This document shows positions 1 through 7,917 of a stretch of 32,000 nt of DNA, one piece after another. The translations under genes and the position numbers were made by a program. Each line of letters opens with the position of its first letter. The stretch's first letter is position 1. Location: NCBI GenBank assembly GCA_003144275.1, contig NJBF01000023.1, positions 30,001-62,000 on the forward strand, in the 5' to 3' direction. The stretch comes from Candidatus Heimdallarchaeota archaeon B3_Heim (GTDB lineage Archaea; Asgardarchaeota; Heimdallarchaeia; Hodarchaeales; Hodarchaeaceae). The notes beneath the pieces were generated by a model that was given only the letters and a program-made list of their open reading frames with translations, did no database searches and was not told the DNA's origin.

Positions 1-736
1 ATAGGATAGGCCATAGGATATTTCGTGTCTTTAAATATAGAAAACCTAGAAGGAGACCACCCAGCAAAGTGCTAATAAAGTGCTCTATTGCGAAGCCTAA
101 TGAGCCATTATATAGATCAGTGGGTGTGTGTTGTAATGAAAACAATAGGCTTGAAAATATTAATGCCCACGCTTGTCCGATCCCTCTTCGCTCAAATAAT
201 GGAATTAACGTCCGTCGAAAGACTAATTCTTCCCAAATCGGGGCTCCTATAGCGAAAACACTAAAAAATAAAAATAAAAAAACCGGATCATTAGCTAACA
301 CTGCTGTAGGACTAATTGTATCATAAGGCGATTCAGTTGTGAAGCCCTGCTCCTTTAAAAATGTATCTATCGGTAATAGAATGATGAAAATCAAAAAAAT
401 ATTCATTGCATGCAAGAGGTAAGTAGTAAGAATATGCTGGCCTTTAGGAGTTGTTTTTTCTTCAGGCTCAATTCTACCATATCTATATAAAATTGTAAAT
501 CCTATAATAGCCCCAATTTGGGCGCCAAAGTTCAGGATTAGGTGAAATATAGGTTCGTTTGTTTCTGTTACATGCAATATGTCATTAAAAATTCCGAAAA
601 AGATTCCAAACCTGAAAACGTTTCCTATAAGATCAAAACATGATACAAGAAGTAAAATTACAGCAAAAACATAAGCTATATCTTTTGTATGAATTCTCGT
701 TTTATCTTGCGATGTATTATCCAATGAATGTTCCAT
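1..736 (-). CDS. CPBP family (CAAX protease/Abi, Rce1-like) intramembrane glutamic endopeptidase, 3' end beyond window edge
   Basis: Not in ORF track because it runs off the edge. Manual translation from ATG at 736 (MEHSLDNTSQ...) is open to position 1. It has several TM helices and the family motifs PIWEELVFRR (EExxxR) and LFSLQH (FxxxH), ending ...FLYLKTRNILWPIL. SD-like GAGGTA upstream. Confidence 0.85.
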   Translation of the reverse strand, partial: MEHSLDNTSQDKTRIHTKDIAYVFAVILLLVSCFDLIGNVFRFGIFFGIFNDILHVTETNEPIFHLILNFGAQIGAIIGFTILYRYGRIEPEEKTTPKGQHILTTYLLHAMNIFLIFIILLPIDTFLKEQGFTTESPYDTISPTAVLANDPVFLFLFFSVFAIGAPIWEELVFRRTLIPLFERRGIGQAWALIFSSLLFSLQHTPTDLYNGSLGFAIEHFISTLLGGLLLGFLYLKTRNILWPIL

Positions 737-754
737 TTATCATTACCTCAAAGT

Positions 755-1708
755 TTAAGATGGAAGAAAAAAGATTCCGAAAAAGAATGCACCTAACGCT
801 ACCCACAATGACCAACGAGTGTATTTTCGTGCTTTTTTCCCGCCCTGAGATTTTTCTACAAAGATCGTATAACTCGTTAAGACTAGAATTGATGCAAAAA
901 CAGCATCAAAAAACCAGAATACCAGATTCTTATAAATAAATGTTCCTGCAACAAGTGACGAAACTATTGCAATAGCAAAACAGATTGTTGCAACAATGCT
1001 TGCCATTTTTGTTCCGTACTTCACTGCTAATGAATTAAGATGCTGCTTTTTGTCTCCCTGAACGTCTTGAATGTCCTTTGCCACTTCTCGTCCCACACTC
1101 ATAAAGAGTGTCGTGTTTAGAATGATTAGACATGCTGTTATGGTCATTCCTTTTTGGGGATTTAGCAAAAAAAATCCCATGAACAATGGGGCAACATAGC
1201 CTATAGATACCCAGACATTACCGATAAACCCTAATTGCTTGACACCAAAATTATACCCTACACCAATTATGACGAATATTATCGTGAAGATTAGAAGGGC
1301 AATGGTTACCTTATAAATCAATACAAGACCGCTTATAATGAGAACAGCTGTTAAATATATTAAAAAAGTTAAAATCTTTACAAAATTTCTCGAAAGGTCT
1401 CCGCGGGCTAATGGACGGTCAAGACGTTGATTTGCTATATCGGTCTCGACATCAAAGAAGTCATTAATCGCCTGGTTTCCCCAAGTGAGAAGCATAGTAG
1501 CAAATAGACCAAATACTAGTCCTGGCCACTCCAACACACCGTTATTAAATAAGAATGTAATGAAGTCGGGGTTACTCCCCTCAAGAACAAAAACAATGAA
1601 GCCAGCAGAGAGAACGGCAAAACTACTTAAAATCCCAAGGGTAAAACGTAAAAGGTCTAATATTGCCCTAAATTGTGTCATACTCACGGTTGTCTCTCCA
1701 CTGATCAA
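755..1708 (-). CDS. UbiA-family prenyltransferase, most like digeranylgeranylglyceryl-phosphate (DGGGP) synthase
   Basis: Polytopic membrane protein with Asp-rich motifs NQAINDFFDVETDIANQRLDRPLARG and REVAKDIQDVQGD. The start could be the downstream Met (MTQFRA). Confidence 0.8.
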   Translation of the reverse strand: MISGETTVSMTQFRAILDLLRFTLGILSSFAVLSAGFIVFVLEGSNPDFITFLFNNGVLEWPGLVFGLFATMLLTWGNQAINDFFDVETDIANQRLDRPLARGDLSRNFVKILTFLIYLTAVLIISGLVLIYKVTIALLIFTIIFVIIGVGYNFGVKQLGFIGNVWVSIGYVAPLFMGFFLLNPQKGMTITACLIILNTTLFMSVGREVAKDIQDVQGDKKQHLNSLAVKYGTKMASIVATICFAIAIVSSLVAGTFIYKNLVFWFFDAVFASILVLTSYTIFVEKSQGGKKARKYTRWSLWVALGAFFFGIFFLPS

Positions 1709-2109
1709 AATACGATAGAGCTGAAATTATGAAGGCATGAAACGACTTGGATTTTCTTCCTCAAATGTATTTTTCTCACGGAATTGCTAATTCCGAACTG
1801 AGAATTATTACTTGTTATCCCAAAGACAATATTGCCTGTCGAACCAGAATCAATAGCCAACATATAACTCAATGAACTCACCTAGAGACTAAGAAATCTG
1901 CAAAAATCTTCAGATAATGAACTAAAAGAGGAGTAGTTCAAGTTACGATTACCTTTAGGGAGTCTTTTATAAGGAGTATCTCAAATAAATATGTGGTTTG
2001 CTTCCATTCAAAAATCTCTTCTTTGAATAGGAAATAACCAATTATATCTTGTGAAAACTCTTGTATACAATCTGTGAAGTATTATAGATTAAATTAAAGA
2101 GGATTAATC

Positions 2110-3378
2110 ATGCCTGAACAACAACAAGTATATATTGCTGGAGGAACGACCACTCCTTTTGATTATCCAGTAAACCTGCAAATTGAAGAGCTTGTTGCAA
2201 ATACAATTCGTCAATTATATAAAGACGTTCCGAATTTTCATCTAAAGGATGTAAGAGATAACGGGATGGTGGTTTACAGTCATTTTAGCGTCCATTTTGC
2301 TCATCAATTAACTTCTTATTGGATATTACACGATCATTTGGGTTTGGTTGGAGTACCCCATTTTAGAATAGATAATGGTGGCAATACTGGAGGTAGTGCT
2401 CTTTATGCAGCTTATGCACTGGTCAGAGCAGGACTAGCTGATGTCGTCCCGGTAATTGGGTACGAATTGATGGGATCAGTTTCTCAGAGTAAAGGTTCAG
2501 AGTTTATTGCTATCGCGTCAGATACGAGATATGAGGCAATGCTTGGCGCAAATTATACTAACTATTATGCTGGACTTGCTCGTATTTTTATGGAGAAGTA
2601 CGGCTTAACTGAGGAAGATTTTGCGGAAATTGCCATAAAGAATAAGAATAATGCCATGGCAACTGGCGAAAAAGCACAACATTATCGAACTGTTGGTAAA
2701 AAATTAACAATCGATGATGTAATGGCAAGTCGTTTGATTTCTTATCCATTGAAGAAGTGGGATTGCTGCTTCATGTCAGAAGGAGCGGCCACAATTCTTG
2801 TTTGTAATGAAAAATATGCCAAGCAATATTCACCTGATCATTCTATAGAAATAACTGGTGCGGGTCTTTCTTCATGTACCATTCGCGCTGGTGATCGATA
2901 CGCGTTTCCTGGATGGACAGAAAAGTATGGAGAGGGATATCCAGGGTTAGGTGAGTTTGCAGCCTGTCGTCATTCTGCCGAAGTTGCATATAAAATGGCT
3001 GGAATAGACTGGAAAGATTCGCACAAACAGATTGATGTTGCAGAAGTACATGATGCTTTTTCAACGTCAGAATTTCAGATATACAATGCTCTTGGCTGGT
3101 GTGAATCAACCACACCAAAGCAGTTTATTCGGGATAAAATGCCCATGATGGAAGGAGAAATACCCACGAATCCTGGTGGAGGATTAATAGGGTATGGCCA
3201 TCCAGTGGGTGCAACAGGATTGATGTCGGCAATTGAGTGTTATTATCAGCTTACTGGGTTAATTCCGCGTGAACACAAAAGTACCGATAATGAGGTCAAA
3301 GATGCTGAAGTCGGGCTGGTGAATTCTCATGCTGGTACAGGTACATCTATCAGTAATTTTATCTTTAAGAGAGTGTGA
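2110..3378 (+). CDS. Thiolase-fold protein (SCP2/archaeal type) lacking the nucleophilic Cys
   Basis: Motifs WDCCFMSEGAA, EVHDAFS, NPGGGLIGYGHPVGATG. The usual ENACASG site reads DNGGNTG. SD GAGG upstream. Confidence 0.85.
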   Translation: MPEQQQVYIAGGTTTPFDYPVNLQIEELVANTIRQLYKDVPNFHLKDVRDNGMVVYSHFSVHFAHQLTSYWILHDHLGLVGVPHFRIDNGGNTGGSALYAAYALVRAGLADVVPVIGYELMGSVSQSKGSEFIAIASDTRYEAMLGANYTNYYAGLARIFMEKYGLTEEDFAEIAIKNKNNAMATGEKAQHYRTVGKKLTIDDVMASRLISYPLKKWDCCFMSEGAATILVCNEKYAKQYSPDHSIEITGAGLSSCTIRAGDRYAFPGWTEKYGEGYPGLGEFAACRHSAEVAYKMAGIDWKDSHKQIDVAEVHDAFSTSEFQIYNALGWCESTTPKQFIRDKMPMMEGEIPTNPGGGLIGYGHPVGATGLMSAIECYYQLTGLIPREHKSTDNEVKDAEVGLVNSHAGTGTSISNFIFKRV

Positions 3379-3390
3379 GGTGTAATAAAA

Positions 3391-4053
3391 ATGACTAAAC
3401 TTCATCCAACTCCAAATAATAAAGACTTTGATTGGAAAGAGTGGAAAGAATTAAGCAAACTGATCCCTGAAAAAGGATGGGTATGGCAAAATGTTCGTAC
3501 AGGGTCAGCAGAAGACGGAACAGATTGGGTTGAACAACAGATATACTACGATATGTTGTATACTTTCCGTTTAGGGGCTCTAAGCCCTTATGCAAAAGGA
3601 CTATTGAATGGTCAATTATTAGGCACAAAATGTGCAAAGTGTGGAGACATCACTTTTCCCCCTCGTGTTAATTGTTGGACGCTGGACTGCAAATTAGAGA
3701 TCACTGATTGGATTGAGATGCCTTTAACTGGGATTCTTCATACTTATACCATATGTGGCTTTGCTGCGAAAAGTGCTTTGAAAAAATTACCTTTTGTACT
3801 TGCTTACGTCCTTGTCGGTGAAAGCAAGACAGCCATCGCAAATATCCTGAAGATTGACGAACCCTGGCATACTGAAACAAATATGCCTGTGATTATTAAG
3901 TTTGCAAATGAAGAAGACCGAGTAGGAAATATTATTGATTTTTGGTTCGAGCCTGATCCAAAATGGTCACCTTCCCCCATGAATGCGGAGAAAGAACGGA
4001 TAAAAAAACTATGTGAACCTGTTTATGAATGGGTTCGTCGTTTGAAGCGATAA
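3391..4053 (+). CDS. DUF35-type Zn-ribbon/OB-fold protein (thiolase partner)
   Basis: LLGTKCAKCG...FPPRVNCWTLDC Zn ribbon followed by an OB fold (GILHTYTIC...PFVLAYVLV). SD GAGGTG overlaps the thiolase stop, so the two are cotranscribed. Confidence 0.9.
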   Translation: MTKLHPTPNNKDFDWKEWKELSKLIPEKGWVWQNVRTGSAEDGTDWVEQQIYYDMLYTFRLGALSPYAKGLLNGQLLGTKCAKCGDITFPPRVNCWTLDCKLEITDWIEMPLTGILHTYTICGFAAKSALKKLPFVLAYVLVGESKTAIANILKIDEPWHTETNMPVIIKFANEEDRVGNIIDFWFEPDPKWSPSPMNAEKERIKKLCEPVYEWVRRLKR

Positions 4054-4059
4054 ATAGAG

Positions 4060-4112
4060 GATTTTGCTTCTTTTTCAATTCCTCTTACTCCTTTTTTTCC
4101 ATTTAGATTTTG
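4060..4112. terminator. Pyrimidine/oligo-T tracts between convergent genes, probable archaeal terminator
   Basis: cttcttttttc and cctttttttcc runs just after the DUF35 stop codon. Confidence 0.45.
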
Positions 4113-4177
4113 CTTAAATACAGAAAAATATTCCATATAGGCTTTTGTGAGAAAAAGGAGGAATTGGAGATTTTAGC

Positions 4178-5623
4178 TTAGAGCTGCTGCCCGAAAAGTA
4201 AAATATCCTCAACATTCAGAATTTGCAGTTGATTGGTTTTCGAAGGGAAGCCAAGCATACTCCCGCCAACAGCTAATATAGTATCTTTAGCATCCAGCAT
4301 TTGCTGTTCAGTTGCTGCTAAGACAATTTCATATAAGAGTTCGTCATACGAAGGTGTGACTTTAACACATAACGGATAAACGCCCCATACTAATTGTAAT
4401 TGTCGTTTTACAGTTTCATATGGAGTTCCCGCAATGATCTTTTTTTCAGGACGACATTTCGCAATCATCCTAGTAGTCGAGCCTGATCGAGTACTTGTTA
4501 CAATTGCGTTGATTCCAAGTGAACTTGCATCACTAATTAGATGAACCGCTCTCCCAAGAACTTCAGGAATATTCGGAGAATCTGTAGTCCAAGAAGGTTC
4601 TGTCGAAATTAGATGGAGATTCTGTCCGATCTCATTAATAATCCGTTCCATATAACCTACGGTTTCAACAGGAAATTTTCCTATGGCAGTTTCTCCGCTC
4701 AACATCACAGCATCCGCACCATCCATGATGGCATTTGATACATCTGATACTTCTGCTCTCGTCGGTCTTGGATTAATTGTCATTGATTCTAGCATTTGGG
4801 TGGCGACAATCACTGGTTTGGAAGCTTTGTTGCATTTAGCAATAATTTGCTTCTGTACAATGGGTACTTTTTCACTCGGAATTTCTATTCCAAGGTCGCC
4901 TCGAGCGACCATAATGCCATCAGAAACCTCTAATATTTCGTCAAAGTTCTGTAATCCATCTTGATTCTCAATTTTACTTATTATATTCATAGAGGAGTTT
5001 GCTTCGTCCAACTTCTCTCTCACTACTAATATATCTTCTTTTCTCCGTACAAAAGAGGCTGCTAGGTAATCAGCGGGTTGATCGAATTTCCGAAGGACGA
5101 ATCTGATATCATCGAAATCTTTCTGGGTGGGAAAATAAATTGATAATGGAACGTCAGGAGCATTGATCCCCTTTCGTGATTTTAACACCCCTCCATTTAG
5201 GACTTCACAAATAAGCTCATTCTTCTTCGCATCCTTTTTCAAGATACGAAACTGTAAGAGACCATCGTCTATCGCGAGGTGATTTCCGATTTTTGCATCT
5301 ATTATGAGTGGTGGATAATTTGTGGAAACTATTTGGGAATTTCCTTCTAAACCAATCTTTCCTGAGATCCGAAATTCTTGGCCAGTATTTAGAAATGTGT
5401 CTTTTTCTACATCCCCTGTACGAATTTTGGGTCCACAAAGGTCAACCAGTACCGCAACATCTTTTGAAACTGACCGTATTCTTTCATACCGTTCTAAATG
5501 GTCAGGATAGGCTCCATGACTGAAGTTGAGACGACATACATCCACATATTTTAATAAGTCTTTCAAGACAAGAATATTATCGCTTGCGGGTCCGATTGTT
5601 GCTACAATTTTTGTGGTTACCAT
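4178..5623 (-). CDS. pyk: Pyruvate kinase
   Basis: TKIVATIGPAS, RLNFSHG, ISKIEN, IMVARGDLGIE, ATQMLESM, PTRAEVSD and DAVMLSGETA motifs, plus the C-terminal alpha/beta domain. Confidence 0.97.
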   Translation of the reverse strand: MVTTKIVATIGPASDNILVLKDLLKYVDVCRLNFSHGAYPDHLERYERIRSVSKDVAVLVDLCGPKIRTGDVEKDTFLNTGQEFRISGKIGLEGNSQIVSTNYPPLIIDAKIGNHLAIDDGLLQFRILKKDAKKNELICEVLNGGVLKSRKGINAPDVPLSIYFPTQKDFDDIRFVLRKFDQPADYLAASFVRRKEDILVVREKLDEANSSMNIISKIENQDGLQNFDEILEVSDGIMVARGDLGIEIPSEKVPIVQKQIIAKCNKASKPVIVATQMLESMTINPRPTRAEVSDVSNAIMDGADAVMLSGETAIGKFPVETVGYMERIINEIGQNLHLISTEPSWTTDSPNIPEVLGRAVHLISDASSLGINAIVTSTRSGSTTRMIAKCRPEKKIIAGTPYETVKRQLQLVWGVYPLCVKVTPSYDELLYEIVLAATEQQMLDAKDTILAVGGSMLGFPSKTNQLQILNVEDILLFGQQL

Positions 5624-5671
5624 GGAGAAGTCACACTAGAATAATGTAAGTTGATTTATCTTTAAGATAGT

Positions 5672-5685
5672 TCTCATCGATGAGA
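5672..5685. promoter_or_regulatory. 14-bp perfect palindrome TCTCATCGATGAGA upstream of pyk, candidate operator
   Basis: Seen directly about 50 bp upstream of the pyk ATG. Its function is inferred only from position. Confidence 0.3.
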
Positions 5686-5842
5686 TTTACTATACATATA
5701 TGTTTGTGTTTGATTTAAGTTTAGACTCTCATTCACCTCATATTCAACTAGATAACAAGAAGATCTTTGAAACTCGTAGTGCGAATATCAAATATAAAGA
5801 AAATTAGACACATTTATTTTTCTATAATCTTGAGACAATAAA

Positions 5843-6127
5843 ATGAGTTGGATGGATAGAAAATACATCTGGATAGGAGTAGGTACTGTTGTTTTGCTTA
5901 GCTTTGCATTTCCTTATTTATTTCAGAGGGTGACAAATTTTACCGATAATTCCTCAACCGATGATGAAACAAGCAATGCAAGCACAAATAATGGAATACT
6001 ATACCCACTCAAGTACATGCGTCTGACTACCATATCTACGATTTTCATTTTGTTACTAGCAGAAAAATCCCTAATGGAATTCCCATACCTAATGCTAATG
6101 TCATCGAAAAAAGTACTAATTCTATAG
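5843..6127 (+). pseudogene. Possible N-terminal remnant of a membrane-anchored protein; the 3' part is only the antisense of the oppB pseudogene
   Basis: First ~45 codons give an anchor helix (KYIWIGVGTVVLLSFAFPYLF) and a Ser/Thr/Asp linker with N-X-S/T sequons. The rest overlaps the opposite-strand oppB remnant. Confidence 0.35.
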
Positions 6128-6435
6128 ATGCGGGAAAAAGACGTTGAATCATACTTAAGACTGGTTGTTCACCCAACATTATGCCAGTTGTTCCCCAATC
6201 CCCTACAATGAATCTGCTAAAAGTGGAGGAAAAACCTTTCAAGCCATGGTTTATCTAGGCCATATGCCCGTTCAATAGCCTGTTATTCTTCTTCAGCATA
6301 CTCTAAGGGATCGCCTACGTAAGCTGTAATCGGATCACCACTAACATCCGATAAGAACCACGCAAAAAATGAGGCACCAAACAGTACTGGAAACAGAAAA
6401 ATCAGTCTTTTTAGTATAAAAACACTGTATTTCAT
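5923..6435 (-). pseudogene. Degraded N-terminal half of an OppB/DppB-type ABC permease
   Basis: Reconstruction: MKYSVFILKRLIFLFPVLFGASFF...GDPITAYVG...EEE*QAIERAYGLDKPWLERFFLHF/SRFIVGDWG...PVLSMIQRLFPASIELVLFSM...GIPLGIF/SASNKMKIVD...SGYSIPLFVLALL. It has an in-frame TAA at 6283-6285 and two frameshifts at T runs. It is colinear with the intact permease at 16688-17893. Confidence 0.8.
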
Positions 6436-6515
6436 CCAACTCAAACCTAGTTTACTATTTTTGATCTATTATAATCATTAAGCTTCTTTTTTTGATTTTT
6501 TTTTACTAAATATAG

Positions 6516-6728
6516 CTAAATGGATAGCATAACACCTAATAGGAAAATCACTAATGCTAGAATAAAGAAATTCAATGATTTATTCAGATAATCAAGACCC
6601 TCCACGTAGTTCCTTCGTAGATAACCCACAGGTAGTTCTAGATAGCTTAGACCTACTTCAAAGATGATTAGACTTGAAAAGAATAATAATCCGAACGCAC
6701 TTATTTTAAATATATCTTTCTTTGTCAT
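6516..6728 (-). CDS. Small two-TM hypothetical protein; the frame continues past TAG to 6447
   Basis: Two hydrophobic helices. After the TAG at 6516-6518 the frame reads LYLVKKNQKKKLNDYNRSKIVN*, which looks like the natural end of TM2 plus a basic tail. Confidence 0.55.
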   Translation of the reverse strand: MTKKDIFKISAFGLLFFSSLIIFEVGLSYLELPVGYLRRNYVEGLDYLNKSLNFFILALVIFLLGVMLSI

Positions 6729-7115
6729 TCATTATCCCTATCTTAATTATTCTAGAGATTTAGGACAACAGGCTGATTCCATTCTTAAAGGCTTGGAAGT
6801 AGGCAATTCACATTATAACTTCTGAATTTGAAGGGAAACTATCACCTCATAGTCTTCGCCAGAATTACTGTTTCCAATATTATCAAAAGAGGGATATTGT
6901 ATGAACCATTTAACTTGGAAATCAGGTTTAAACCTGCTGAAACAAGAATACTTGAACACTGATACATCTTAGCGGTAAATTCGTAGGTAATTGATTATTA
7001 GATTAGTCGAAACTTTTCGCTGGTAATGTCAAAACCTTTTTTATCTAAAAAAAACCTATCATCTTTTTGAGTTAAACGAACCTACTACGCTTTTGATAAA
7101 AGGAGTTGCTATTAT

Positions 7116-7844
7116 ATGGAACAAAGAGGTCACTTAGAATGGAATGTCCGAGATCTTATTCAGAGACGGACTAAATTTCCAGAAAAGAAAACTTTAGCTA
7201 AGATTATTTCTGTACAAAACGTTAAACGTTCTTTTTCAAATCTCTCCATTGCTGATACTTCGGAGGGCAAAATTTCAGAGATGGTTGCTTGGTTAGAAAA
7301 GATTTCGAAGTATATTCCCATTTCAAATGAAGACGAATTAGAGGCAATCATCAAAATAATGATTACCTTGAGTATAGTGCGAAATGAAGTAAATTATCTT
7401 TACGATAAACCTGGAATCGAATTAATGCAAAAGGTTAGAGAGTGTATGATAAGATATTTCGTTGTTCTCTCTGAATATCGAGCTCAACATAAAGAGTTCT
7501 TCCTTTACTGGCACTTAGAAGATAATTGGTATCATGAATGGAGTCAAGTAATTCTAAATCTCTTACCACATGAAAAAATGGAAAAATACGGATTTCCTGA
7601 TTTATTGGTTAGGGATTTCTTAAAATTGTTGGCTTTAGAGCTTGCATGTGCAGATTCAGCCTCTAAAATTGACGCTCCGTTAATTCGAACGCAAGAAACA
7701 CCTGATTTAGATGGAAAAATGATTTTTATTCCTACTGATACGGCATGTAATGAATATAAAATCACCGTGTCTAAGATTCTTAAAGGAGATCAGACTTTTG
7801 CAGAGTGGGTAAGAGAACTGAAACTCACGTTCTGTAATTATTGA
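7116..7844 (+). CDS. Hypothetical soluble protein (242 aa)
   Basis: Long ORF with a protein-like composition and a GGAG SD upstream. No motif recognised. Confidence 0.7.
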   Translation: MEQRGHLEWNVRDLIQRRTKFPEKKTLAKIISVQNVKRSFSNLSIADTSEGKISEMVAWLEKISKYIPISNEDELEAIIKIMITLSIVRNEVNYLYDKPGIELMQKVRECMIRYFVVLSEYRAQHKEFFLYWHLEDNWYHEWSQVILNLLPHEKMEKYGFPDLLVRDFLKLLALELACADSASKIDAPLIRTQETPDLDGKMIFIPTDTACNEYKITVSKILKGDQTFAEWVRELKLTFCNY

Positions 7845-7917
7845 ACTTGGGTCTTTATGTCGCCGTAAGGAGGGGACTTATTTTTTCTTCAGATGCAATT
7901 TTTACTGAATCATTTCG

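Noticed and set aside
69-939. Plus-strand ORFs 69-326 and 640-939
   Set aside because: Antisense shadows of the CPBP and UbiA genes, which carry clear family motifs.
1779-1795. Inverted repeat CGGAATT-gct-AATTCCG upstream of the UbiA gene
   Set aside because: 7-bp arms are within chance expectation, and I found no second copy.
1485-5523. Short ORFs 1485-1718, 2843-3118, 3395-3637, 4683-4964, 5217-5438, 5308-5523 and 5322-5510
   Set aside because: All lie within or opposite well-supported genes and show no motifs.
6045-6242. 65-aa ORF as a standalone gene
   Set aside because: It is the middle frame segment of the oppB pseudogene, between two frameshifts.
6923-6936. 14-bp palindrome CAGGTTTAAACCTG
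   Set aside because: This length occurs by chance a few times per window, and it is not positioned near a clear promoter. It would only matter if the integrase remnant is confirmed.
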